Assembly (NCBI RefSeq): GCF_009914755.1
Contig: NC_060933.1
Origin: the human T2T-CHM13v2.0 reference genome, Homo sapiens
DNA length: 64,000 nt
Strand: one strand, 5' to 3'
In this document: piece by piece, positions 12,489 through 25,549 of the stretch
Position numbering within the stretch: the first letter of the stretch is position 1
Layout of the letters: each line of letters opens with the position of its first letter
Translations under genes and position numbers: made by a program
The notes under the pieces: generated by a model
Database searches by the model: none
Told to the model about the DNA's origin: nothing
Seen by the model: only the letters and a program-made list of their open reading frames with translations

Positions 12489-13106
12489 CAGCAAAATGAG
12501 AATAGGTGACTATGGGAATGTCTTAATGTGGAAGATCATAAAATTCCTTCCTGAGGACATGATATTCACTCTTATAACTAAAAGAGAAGATGAAAATAAA
12601 AGAATAGATCTATTTAGAGAGAAAAAACATTTCAAAGAAAAAAGTTAGTGTATATTTCTACATGTTACATACTAAGAAACAACAACAAAAACAGTCAAAA
12701 AAGCAGCAATAAAAAAGTCTTAATACAAAAGACTAAAGCCTTATGGCTTCAGTCAATTTGAACTGGATATGATATAATTTGAAAGTTAAAGAGGTAAATA
12801 AGTAGAATTCATCTTAACAATTCTTATTAGAGTTTTACTTACGATCTGTAATTTACTTTAAAAAATCTCTAATCCTTATTTTCTTTATGGCATAGTGAGG
12901 TTACTTTTAACTTCTTGCTTTGATGCTTGTTTGATATCATGATCTTTGGTTTTCTTTGATGTCAAATTTTACTAACCTGTGCATTTCTGAAATCGGGAGT
13001 CATCTTAGTACCATTTATCTCTCTGGTGTCAATCATATGCCTGACAAACAGTAGAGCCTTAGCAAAAAACTCAGTGAATGAAAGGAACTTTATTCTAGTT
13101 TAGAAG

Positions 13107-13308
13107 CAGTGGTATGCCAGTAAGTGTTTGACAAGTCCTCTCCCCCGCAAAATCTGATTTTTAGCATGTGCCAATTTCCAGGCTGTAAATACTCCCATCG
13201 TGGCTAATTTCAAGCTACCAACATGACATCACTGAACTGAGGACTGGGGAATGGATGCACATAATCAGATTTTGTAAGCCAAGGCCAGCCAGCTCCAGCA
13301 CACCACTT
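13107..13308 (-). mobile_element. MER63 (hAT-Blackjack) MITE
   Basis: TIRs cagtggtatgc / gcacaccact, with internal gtaaatactcccatc...ttcaagctaccaac. Confidence 0.82.
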
Positions 13309-14009
13309 TCCAAAGATCTGTTTCAGGAGTCTACCTAGGGAAATTGTTCATGCCTTGGTATCAGACTAACTTAGGTTGTTGATTTTTTTTTTGCTAGCAC
13401 TTAAAGATGTGCTGTTGTCAGAATTTTATTTATTTCGATAAGTGTCAATGTCCTCATCTGTAAAGTAGGAATAAAACTTGCTCCAGAGGATTCTTATGAA
13501 AATTAAAATTAATGATCACTTACAAAGCAACTAATAGAATAGGGAGGATAGAAAGCAACTAACATATGTTAGCTTTGTTTTTAATTTTGTTGGTGTTGAT
13601 AGAAAAGTTTTCGTGTCTTTTGAATTCTGTCACAAAGTTGAAAAATATCTAAATGCTGCAATAGGACATGGGATCTTATCTGACTGTAAACCAACTCTTA
13701 CTATTGACTCTAAATCTAGAAACATTGCAAAAAATGCAGGTTTTTGAATGGGCATCATTAATTAGAAGTTGGTATCGTGGTCATGATGCTTCATCTATAA
13801 CTGGTTTCTGGCTACAGAGAAGGTATAATGTCAGCTTTTGAAATAAAAATAATGAAGAGATGGCTCAAATGACTAAAGTATGAGAGAAAAAGTAGAAAAA
13901 TTATGAAGGGCTGGAAGACCTATCACTCTTATTGAAGACTGCTTCATTTATGCCTATATTGATTTTATTCCTCAAAAGGAGAATAGACAGTCAGACTCCA
14001 TCTTACTGT

Positions 14010-14268
14010 AGAGGGCTGCAAACCCAAGTAGTAAGAGTCAGGCAACTGAAAAGAAGTAAGTGAAATGAACTCAGTGTGTTTGTAAAAGACAGAGAGAAAT
14101 GGAAAGGAGGAAGGAAGATAGAACAAAAGGAAGGAAGGGGACAAATTAGACTAAAGAGGACATCCAAAAGCATTAACATTTTAAAATGCTTGATGACTTT
14201 GCAGACTGAAATAAAACATGTGCCCTATGGAATGGATTCTGGCCCCCAGGCCTCAGTTTGAGACCCTG
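14010..14268 (-). mobile_element. MER102-like hAT-Charlie relic
   Basis: Ends agggctgcaaac / cagtttgagaccctg, with internal aaataaaacatgtg...ggattctggccc. Confidence 0.55.
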
Positions 14269-15496
14269 CTCTATGTTGAGAAATGTGTCAAGCCTGCTCC
14301 TAGATTCAAATCGATGAGTCAGTTCAGTTTTTAATGGAGAGAAATAAAATCAATTTAACTTGACTTCTTTCTACTACATTGGGCTTACTTATATCTGATT
14401 GTTATTTTTAGAATTTTCTTTTCATCCACAATAAATGTATGCTCATTGTAAATAATTCAAACAGAAGAGCATATGGCATAAAGTAGAGTACCATCAAAAT
14501 CTGCCACTCAGAATACAATTGAAAATTTTAGTGAAATTCTTCTATGCCTGTGCATACGCACACACATGATAAACACACAATGAATGCTACGTATGATTTT
14601 GCAAACTAGGCTCATGTTATGTGTGCTCCTTTTTAATGAATAAATTACTAAGAATGTATATTCAATCACTGTAGTCTTAAAATCCCGGTTCTACAATTTA
14701 GTAAATTTTGGTTCAAAATATGGCATGAAGTAATCATAGTTCAGAGATCAAGGTCTCCTATCTAGTCAGTTTCTCCCTTGAAATAATACATTTCTTCTTT
14801 TGTCTCATTTCTGAGTTAGGGGACAGAGGGGCAAACTTGTTTCAGAAAAGAGGCAAAACTATTGTTAGGAATTTATCAACCTTTACTTATCTCCAATTTT
14901 TTTTTTCTCCTCATTGTGTTTTATCTCCTTTCCGCTGATTTTTTTTTTTTTTTTGCAGATGACCTTTCATCTTATTTCTCATCTGCTGGTCCCATCAACC
15001 CTAACTTTGTATCTGCTAAAACTCAGGTAATTGCTTTTAGATGGGTATAATTAAGAAGCCATTAGTGTAAAGTTTCATTTCAGTTTACGCCTTGGTCTGC
15101 ATTTGAGCAGAGAAATATAAAATTAAGGTATTAGCTCCTTTCATGAGTATGAGTCACGAGCTAATAAGTTTCAAGAGCAGTTTCTCAACTGTAATGATTG
15201 TGCTTTTCTCTTTGAAAATTTTCTCTTCGGAATACTTATAGAGGGAGTATTTTAAAAGAAAGGGGAACAAATCTATAGGGGCAGATGTGGATTGGGTGCA
15301 TGATTCCTGAAATGCAAGTGTCCATGTTGCCCTACAAGGGTCATATGGGGTCTTTTAAAAGTAGCTGTTGTGCCCTGTTTGAGGGCAGCTGTGAGAGACA
15401 TTGTAGAGGGAATTTATGCCCTGATGAAGGAGGAAAAGGCAAACTTAATGTGATTCAGGTGAGCCACCTACAACAGTCGTTATTAGAATTACCTGA

Positions 15497-15979
15497 TATT
15501 ATTAGTTTCCTATGGTTGCCATAACCAATTATCCCAAACTGGTTGTCTTAAAACAACAGGAATCTATTCTTTCACACTTCGGAAGGCCAGAAATTTGAAT
15601 TTGAAGTGTTAGCTGGGCTATGCTTTCTCTGTAAAGACTGTAGAAAATAATCCTTCCTTGCCCCTAGCTTCTTGTGGCTCCTGGCAATCCTTAGCTGTTT
15701 TTTACTGGTAGCTACACCACCCCAATCTCTGCCTCCATTGTCACATGGCCTCCTTCCTGTGTATGTATTTCTTTGTCCTCTGTTTGTCTTATAAAGACAC
15801 CAGTCATTGGATTTAGGACCCACTCTAACTCAATATGACCTTATCTTAACATTAATATCTACGAGGCAAAACATCTACATCTTAAGTTTCCATCTGCAAA
15901 GACCCTATTTCCAAATAAGGTCAATTTCTGGGTTCTAGGAGCACATAAATTTTTGAGAAATATTATTCAACTGACTACA
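15497..15979 (-). mobile_element. MLT1B/C-like MaLR solo LTR inserted into a MER5 relic
   Basis: ttagtttcctatggttgccataac...gaccctatttccaaataaggtc...actaca. MER5 sequence (ttagaattacctg | gggaatatttttaaaat...) flanks it. Confidence 0.85.
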
Positions 15980-16567
15980 TCTGGGAATATTTTTAAAATC
16001 CCAGTGCCCATGCTGCACCTCAGATAAATTAAATTAGAAACCTACGAGGGTACATATTGGAATCACTTGGGGAGCTTTAAAATAAACTAAAGCTTGGGTC
16101 TCACCCTTAAAAATTCTGATCTGTAATATTGGTATTCTAACAAGTACACTGGATTGTTAGGAAAAATTATTAAGATGATGTGAAGAGCCCAGCAAAAGCC
16201 TGGTACATAACATGTGGTCAATTAGTATTTTCTTGTTGATTGGTTTATCTTGATTGGTTTAGAAGCATATGGACCTAATTTCACATATGTAAAGATGCAG
16301 TGTTCAATTAGCATTAATCCCCTTATTCTGCCTTTATTTGGACTACTCTGATTATCTTCCTTACATTTCTAGAATCAAGGTTTCACCTAGTAGATGGTTT
16401 GCCATTACCATAGCTCTCACACATTCTGCTTTCCTGATAAACAAATATTTATTATCTCTTCCACATTTGAGTCCAATTGCCATCCTCTTCCCATGTTCCA
16501 TTTTTTCTTTGTAAAATAGGTCAACTTATAAACCCTAATCTCCTCCAGCCTGCCAAGATGACTAACC

Positions 16568-16660
16568 AGGGTAGCTGTCCCAGGACGGAGGGATTTTCCG
16601 AAATGTAGGACTTTCAGTGATAATACTTAGACATAAGCAAACCAGCATGGTGGTCGCTCT
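16568..16660. mobile_element. MER81-like hAT MITE
   Basis: agggt...gtcccaggacggagggattttcc...ggactttcagtgataa...ggtcgctct. Confidence 0.6.
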
Positions 16661-16829
16661 TTTTCCCAGTCGCCCCTGGTAACAGAACATGCCTACTGTT
16701 ACCACAAGAATATTACATATATTAGAAGTGCAAGCTTCTTTTAGAGGAAATAGAACCCATTTAAAGTATGATACTCATCTTCAAGTCTGTATAGGAGCTA
16801 TCAGAGGGAAAAATAGAAAATAATAATGA

Positions 16830-17335
<506 letters not shown>

Positions 17336-17690
17336 TATCTCTGTTTGGGCTACTATAAAATATTACCTTAAACGAGGTAATTTATAAACAATAGAAATGT
17401 ATGGATCACCATTTGGGAAGTGGGGAAGTCCAAGATCAAGGTTTCAGCAGATTTGGGGTTTGATGAGGGCTGACTGCTTTAGAGACGGTGCCTTCTACGT
17501 AGCCTCACAAGCACAGGGAACAAACAAGCTCTATAAAACCTCTTTTACTAGGGCACAAATCCCATTCGTGAGGGCACAGCCCTCATGACCTAATCACCTC
17601 CCAGAGGCATCACCTCTTAATACTGTTGCATTGGAAATTGATTTTCAACAGATGAATGCTGTGGGGATGCCAACATTCAGAACACATCAC
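17336..17690 (-). mobile_element. MST-family (MSTC/B-like) MaLR solo LTR
   Basis: gggtaatttataaacaatagaaat-like start, gaagtccaagatcaagg, and catgacctaatcacctccc. Confidence 0.8.
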
Positions 17691-17984
17691 ATAGCTAGAA
17701 TGTGTTTTGGCCCAAATGCAAACATAGGCAGTTTGGCTTCCACACTGGTGGTGTTAATTCCTATGCCATTTTGGGTGCACAACGAATGCAGAAATATAAG
17801 CCAGAGAAGGACAGAAACACTGTTTTTGATTGGTGTGTTATGGAAAGCAATCACAGATGAGAAGGAATTGAATTGGCATACCTACAGCTAATAATGAATC
17901 ATGACTTCCCTTAAGTGGTTAACTTAAAAAATGTTAGTTAAGCACCTAATATGTGTAGAGCACATACAGAAATATTGAAGAATA

Positions 17985-18280
17985 ATAGCAGCCAGAACTT
18001 TTAATGGAGTTACTATTTCGCTGGCACTGTGCTAAGCCCTTTATACAATATTACCTCATGGCATGGTCTCCTGGTATCCTCTCAACAAGAAGGAACTATA
18101 ATTCTTCCCATCACTGAAAAGAGAATTGAGAATCAAAGGTATCCATTTACTTGAGCTAGGATCTCAGAGCTAGTTTGTGATAGACCCACAATTCCAATGT
18201 TTGTGTGTGGTTTATGTATGCATATGTGTGTGTGTGTTTATGATGGAGTCCATATTCATGATCACTACCCTGTCTTGCCT
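17985..18280 (-). mobile_element. MIR
   Basis: ctggcactgtgctaagccctttatac...ctcagagctagtttgtgataga. Confidence 0.6.
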
Positions 18281-19049
18281 TTGATAATCAGAAAGGCAGA
18301 TAAATATTTTGGTGAGTGTTAAGCAAAAACAGAAAATGCATATAGCAGATGCTTTTTATAAAACTTGGTTAATTCACTTTTTCTTGATTGGAGTGAGGAT
18401 GTTAAAGCTGCAGTGGAGAATAGTGAGGGAAACATGGAAGAGAACTTTCCACCAAACAGAGCTGGATGGCATGGACACTTCATCTTTACTGCATAGCCAG
18501 CCCTCATTTTCACTAAAAAAGGCAGCAGCCAAGGCTGTGGAACTCACTCTCATGACAAAATTGGAAGTACAGTTAATCAGGACTTAATTGAACAGTTCAA
18601 TCTCCCAGCAAGAAATGGTGGGGGGAAGTGATGGAGGATGGGGATGGGAAGAACAAAAACTTATAAAGCCCCTCTGTTTAAGATAGTGAAATGTGTCTTC
18701 TAATCCATAATGCAGCACCATAATGTTCTTGTATGAATTGAAAATGCCAGGCAATCAAAGGCCATATGTTATCAGCTTAAAACCACAGAGTGTCCATGTA
18801 TTTTTAATCAAGGCTGCATCTCTGACATATGTTTATGTTTTCTTGGCATAAAAGATGCTCTATCAGATTAGCTCTGTACTGAGCCCCAGGCTGTTACCTT
18901 TGACCATGCCAGGAGAAGGGAAGTTGGCAGATCCCCCATAATGCATTACTGTAAAGCTAATGCAAATTGTACTTGAAGAATAGCTCACAGTGAGCAATCC
19001 GTTAAGCCTGAGGATATGGGCTTATGCATCACGATGTCTTCACTCCCTA

Positions 19050-20030
19050 GAAGATCTCTCTGCTTCTCCCCTCATGCCTTAAAATTCATCCTTCATACAG
19101 TGCCCATAGTGATCTTTTAAAAATGTAAATTCAATCTCTTTATTCTCCCACTCAAAACTCTCTGGTAGAGGATGAACACATTTAAAATAAGAACCAGACT
19201 CCTTGATATGGTCTACACAGCTGTGCATGATTTATTCTACCATCTCTATTTCCTATCATACCATATTTCCCTGTACTCACAATGTGTCAGTCACACTGCC
19301 TTTCTTTTTGTTCCTAAACAGTTTCCATTACTAACCACTTATTATTGATTTTTTCATGCATTCACTAAAAAAAAAGTTAAGCAACACGTGTGTCTAGGAA
19401 CTCTCCTAGGTGTTGAAGATAGATCGGTGAACATAACTGATCAAGCTTCCTATCTTCTTGGAACTTAAATCCCAGAAAGGGGAGAGAGAGAAACAATAAA
19501 GAAAATGGAAATATAAAGAGTATAGCATGTTAGAAAGTGACAATTCCTTTATGAAACAGAAAGGAAAAAGTAGAGTAGTATAAATAGGGTCAAAAATAAG
19601 TGGTAGACAGTACTGGGTTTTGAAAGTCAATAGAGGAGTCAGGGATAACGTCTCACTTTAAGGCATTTACTCTTACTGTTCCCTCTCCAGGAACACCCAT
19701 CACCTAGGTATTTTCATGAGTTTCTCAAAACTCAGGTCTCAACTCAGATGTCAACTCTTTGAGGGACCTTCTCTGATCTCCCAATGTGAAGTAATCCCTT
19801 CTACTCACTCTCTATCTTACCACCCTGTGTGAGGGCACTTAAAATGATCTGAGCCTATTTTTTTTTCATTCATTCCTTTACTTTGTTTTTGTCTTCAATA
19901 CTCATGAACTGTAAGCTTTGTGAGCACAATGTCTTTATCACTTCACTATTAAGTCTTCTATGTCTTGATTAGATCCTAGCACATAATACATACTCAAAAA
20001 ATAAACGTTTGAGTAAAATAATAAAGGAAT
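19050..20030 (+). mobile_element. L2 (L2a-like) 3' region, interrupted by an antisense L2
   Basis: agtgatcttttaaaaatgtaaat...ctcaactcagatgtca...actgtaagctttgtgagcac...ctagcacataatacatactcaaaaaata. Confidence 0.75.
19345..19660 (-). mobile_element. L2 3' fragment nested antisense within L2
   Basis: ttcatgcattcac...tgtgtctaggaactctcctaggtgttgaagatag...cttcttggaacttaaatcccag. Confidence 0.7.
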
Positions 20031-20079
20031 GGCTGAAGATACCAGCATATTTATTTGACTATGGGGAAAAGAGAGGGAT

Positions 20080-20425
20080 TGTATTAGTCCATTTTCATGC
20101 TGCTGATAAAGACATACCCGAGATTGGGCAATTTACAAAAAAAAAAGAGGTTTAATGGGCATACAGTTCCACTTGGCTAGGGAGGCCTCAGAATCATGGT
20201 GGAAGGTGAAAGGCATGTCTCACAAGGTGACAGACAAGAGAAGAGAGCTTGTGCAGGGAAGGCCATCAGATCTCGTAAGACTCATTCACTATCACGAGAA
20301 CAGCACAGAAAAGACCTGCCCCCATAATCTAATCACCTCCTACTGGTTCCTCACATGACACATGGAAATTGTGAGAGTTACAATTCAAGATGAGATTTGC
20401 TTGGGGACACAGCCAAACCATATCT
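20080..20425 (-). mobile_element. THE1 (A/B-like) solo LTR
   Basis: tgtattagtccattttcatgctgctgataaagacatacccgag...acagccaaaccatatc. Perfect 5-bp TSD gggat (20075-20079, 20426-20430). Confidence 0.93.
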
Positions 20426-22078
20426 GGGATATAACATTTGGCATTAAGAAATCATTGACAGATATCACTTTCTCCTTGGATAGTCTTTGGGACCAATGAA
20501 CAGATCTGCCAAGATAAGAATTCCAACTCATACTGGAAATATAGAATATAGTGCTTTCTGCAAAATAAGGAATTCTGGTGTCTTGCTTACCACATTGGAA
20601 AAGGCCCTGCGATTAATGACCTTGCCTGCGTCTGAAGACAAACTGACATGTCTATAGAAATAAAGGATGTAAGAACTAAGGGGGTCTTTGAAAGCATATC
20701 TTCCAAAAATCTAATCTCACTGATGAAGAAAGCAAGAACTCTAATGGTTGTTTAAATAACATCCTCTTTGTTCTTGAATGGAATTCTTGATTTTCATCAC
20801 TTTCTAGGTTTTTTAAATCTGTTTAATTCAATTAAACTCAATATATCTTGAGAGCTGTATTTTTTAACCACGTGCTAGATGTTGAAAATATATAACCCTG
20901 ACACACACATGTTAGGTCTTCCCCTGGAACCCTAGCTTCATAACTACAAGTGTTATTTCATGGCTGCATGTTTCACAGAAGATACTGTTTTATCTTGCAA
21001 CACAATTGTATTCAGAAACTGGACCCTCCTGAAATCCTTTAACTGATTCACTTGTACCAGAGATTTGGTGAACAGCACATATTTAACTAAAAAAATTGTA
21101 TGAAAAATGAACAGGGATGAGATTACATCACACATCTTTAAGCAGACAACTTAAAAATATCCCCATGTAAAGATACAACTTCTCTGAAGTTCTTTTCTAC
21201 TCGTTATCACTGGGGCTTTCTTTTTCCTTTTTGAATGCAAGAAAATATCATTCTAATTTACTTAGAGCTCATCTCTCCAATATTTTTCTCTAGGCATTTT
21301 ATATTATTCTTTCCTGTACTAGATGCCATAATTCAACTCTGAATGATCTCTTGTTTCCAATAGTGCTCATCCAAAGTCATCACAGTTATTCAGCTAAATA
21401 AAAGGTCCTCTAATGAGCGGAACTTATCAACCTTAGAAAATGATGTACACATTGTATCTCTATGCTTGGACAACAAATCCCAATGAGTCAAATCATCATT
21501 AACCTAAGGTTCAAGCATTTGAATCATCATTTATAAGATGTCCACAAAGATTCTGACCTCATGGAGTTGTGATGATCACATGGAATAAATGTGAAAAGAA
21601 CCTGGCATAGAACCCAAAAGAGAGGAGCCTGGTAGAAACTTAGTGCGTACTGGTTTATTTCTCCTTAATTAACTACACATGATGATTCATTTGTTCCATA
21701 ACTTCTTTCTGTGTTAGTGTTTAGGGGACATCTCAGTCTCTTAAAGTTTATCAGCCTCTCTATCATTAGCTCGAAAGTAGTCCAGAAAAAAACTGCAAAT
21801 GAAAAAAGCACGTTAGTGTCATTTTCTGCATGATTGAGACACAACTGTCTTGACGAAAATCCAGAAAATGTGTATGTTTGTGTGTTTCCAGAGAATTTAC
21901 AAGCACTGAGACTTCTCTCTCAAAAGCTGTGTTGTGTTTGAAAGAACATTCTTTTGTTCATAGCCTTATTTGATGCTGTGTAGGCTAACACTCCAACCGT
22001 TAGTGGTGGACAAATACATTATCTGTTTTTACTTTGATTCAAAACTTTTTCCCTATCTAGTTTGGGAGTCCTTAAGCA

Positions 22079-22298
22079 CCATAAAAATGGGAACAATAGA
22101 CATTGGGGACTACCAGAGGAGAGAGGGTTGAAAAACTACCTGTTGGGTACAATGCTCACTGCCTAGATAACAGTATCATTCATACCCCAAACCTCAGCAT
22201 CACACAATATACCCATGGAATGAACCTGTACGTGTACCTCCTGAACCAAAAAAAAAAAAAAAAATAGTTGAAATGAAAAATAATCATAATAAAAAGAA
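22079..22298 (+). mobile_element. Short 5'-truncated L1 3'UTR (L1PA16/L1PB-like)
   Basis: gggaacaatagacattggggactacc...ccccaaacctcagcatcacacaatatacccatg, A-rich tail, and 12-bp TSD agtccttaagca (22067-22078, 22299-22310). Confidence 0.88.
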
Positions 22299-22719
22299 AG
22301 TCCTTAAGCAGAGGAGCTTCTCTATTTGTAATCTAATGCATTTTCTTAGCTGATCTTGGGAACAATTATAATCTTTGCTATAGCTGTCTGGGCATGACAG
22401 AACAGAACCATTAACCGAAGATGCTTGATACCATCTAAATATAAGAGATTCTGAATCCTTTAAGCCCCTGATTCAAGCAAATTCTAGGGAGGAGGGCTCT
22501 ATTGGGCTTTTGTCAATGGAACCAATGACAAAAGCACTCATGAAAGTGAAAATATATATTCACCTACAAGAGAGATGGAGCAGCACATATTAAAAGAAAC
22601 TCCAGACTTCAGGCCTTTGGCCTTAATTTGGAATTATTGAATTGGTTTTCATTCCTTAATATCCCACTATTGTACAAGTCATATGTACTTTCAAAAGAGC
22701 TGTAGAAATTACAGAGGTG

Positions 22720-22900
22720 AGTAACAACTAAATATTTATGTCATAAATATCATATCATTTAATCTATACAGCAATTTCACAAGATTGATATAATGATCGT
22801 TATTTTATAAAGGGCAAAAATCAAGGCTCAAAAAGATGAGGAAACTTGCCTAAGATTAGCAAGTTAGTGCTAAAACTATGTTTCAAATGCAGATCTATCT
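22720..22900 (-). mobile_element. MIR
   Basis: tcatttaatctatacagc...aggctcaaaaagatgaggaaacttgcctaag. Confidence 0.6.
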
Positions 22901-24560
22901 GGGGAGAAGGGTTAAAACACACTCATAAATAATCTTAATAGGTACCTTATATACATTTTCTTTTTCAATCTGCATAAAAGCTCTGTTTTGTCTCCATTTC
23001 ATAGATGAGTACAATGAGGATCAGGGAAAGTTGATACTTTTTCAGAGAAAACATGCAAATATTCTATGAGAAGGATACCTGAAGTACTCTTGGTTTCTGG
23101 GGGTCATCAAAGACATGGAGTTAGGTTTAGCACAATGCACTAAATCTTCCATAAGGTCTGAAAAGGGGGAAAGTTGAAGAAGAAAAAGGGTAATGACAAA
23201 AAAAAAAAAAAAAATAGCTGCGTTAGCATGGACACAAATTCTGCTTATATTTTAGATGGCAAATCTACATTTTCTGTTGAGTTATGTAAGAGAAGGCATT
23301 GTGTTTGTGTTCAAAGGGCAAGATTGGGGAAAATCTCAGGACACTGCCTGCATTCTAAGTGGCCCGACTGATGGAGGGAATGGGCCCTGTTCCAAATTGA
23401 TTAGTTCTGCTACCTTCTCATTACCGTTCTGCCTGAAGTTTGGCACACAAGCAAGGTCATTCCATGCATGGGTCTGCGTGACTTAACTGATTTTGCTACA
23501 AATTTCCTCCCCTTCCACACTGCCACCCCCACCACAGCATGCCACCTGCACTCGAGAAAATTAAAAATCAGCCTATACATTTTACATGAGTTCCCAAGAC
23601 CAGTGAGAAATTAATATTATGTTGTCTTTTGATAAAGATACAGCTGTTTTTAAAGATGTTAATCCAATTCAGTAATAGGAAATCTTGTTTAAATTCCTCT
23701 ATGAAGCCTATACAGCAAGATGGAAAAAAGAAATGCATATAGACTCAGAAGAATATATTTGAGCAAGTTTTCATCTTGCAGTTCACCTTACAAAGAAATT
23801 TCAGGGTTACATATTAGGTTACTGTCCTCCCCAAACTCTTAGGTGCCTCATTAATTCTCTATGTCTATGTTTCTTTTAGGTTGTTCCCTTAGCCTAGAAT
23901 TATGTCTTCTCATATTCTTATGTTCAAATACTTCCAGTTGTTCAGGGTTGACCTCTAATGTCTCATTTTCCATGAAGATACCTCATTTTCTGAAAGTAGG
24001 ATGTGATTGCTGTCCTGTCAGATCTTCTGTAATTCCTAGAAAAGTTCTGAATCCCTCTAATTCTCAGTTTCCCCACCAATAATTAAAGCTATATTTCAGT
24101 GTTTATTGAAAAAATAGAGATAACATATAAAAAACCTAACACAGTACTTGATGGATAATGTTCAACAAATGTCATTTGTTTGGTTATTATTCCTACTGAC
24201 AAGGAAATATAATGTCCAAAGTTCTTCGCGTCGAATTCAAAATTTTTCATAGTCAAGTTCCAGCCTTAGTTTCTAGTCTTAAACTCTGCCACTTTCTCGG
24301 GAGTAACTCTGTCCCCAATCCTCCAAAACTGTGTGTTCTATTAAACTATATCTTTCACTATTGTATAAACATTATGCACTTTCATTACTGAGAACCTACA
24401 CAGTTGTCTTAACCTTCCTCTCTTTTTCTTTGCATAATGTATGTCTAAGTTCTCATGGTTCTCAAAACATATAGGCAATATAACAAAGTCAGAATTTAAA
24501 TTAGTTTCCTAGATCCATAAACAGTTTATCCAGGATTCTAAAAGATGTCAAATAACTTTT

Positions 24561-25089
<529 letters not shown>

Positions 25090-25279
25090 ATGCCAAATAA
25101 TTTTTAAGAGGTGATTTTTTTTGGTTACGAGCTTAAGTTTTAATTTAAGATGAACTTTAGTTTAAACATTAGCTAAATGGTTGCACAATTGTAAACAAGA
25201 TCTTACGGGTCCCTTAGCTTAAGCAGGGCTATTTGTAAAATGATAACAATATATACCTCTTAAGATTATTATTATAGCT

Positions 25280-25509
25280 GATGATATATATTCATGATAT
25301 TACCTATATATTATGTATATCTAACAGATATGTATAATTTGATTCTCCATAATAAATTTAGGAGATATATATATATATATATATAAATGTATATATGCAT
25401 ACATAGTATGTATATATAGGATATATTGTATATATAATATATAAGATGTTGTATATATAGTATATAATATATCTATGCCTATATATCTATGTCTATGTTT
25501 ATGTAGCAC

Positions 25510-25546
<37 letters not shown>
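25280..25546. repeat. TA-rich low-complexity tract ending in a pure (AT)16 run at 25514-25546
   Basis: Directly visible. Confidence 0.93.

Positions 25547-25549
<3 letters not shown>

Noticed and set aside
21802-21814. aaaaaagcacgtt shared with 58081-58093 (contains an RCGTG HIF-like core)
   Set aside because: Half of the match is poly-A and the similarity does not extend, so it is probably chance.
24226-24238. tcgcgtcgaattc CpG mini-cluster
   Set aside because: Too short for a CpG island and has no supporting context.
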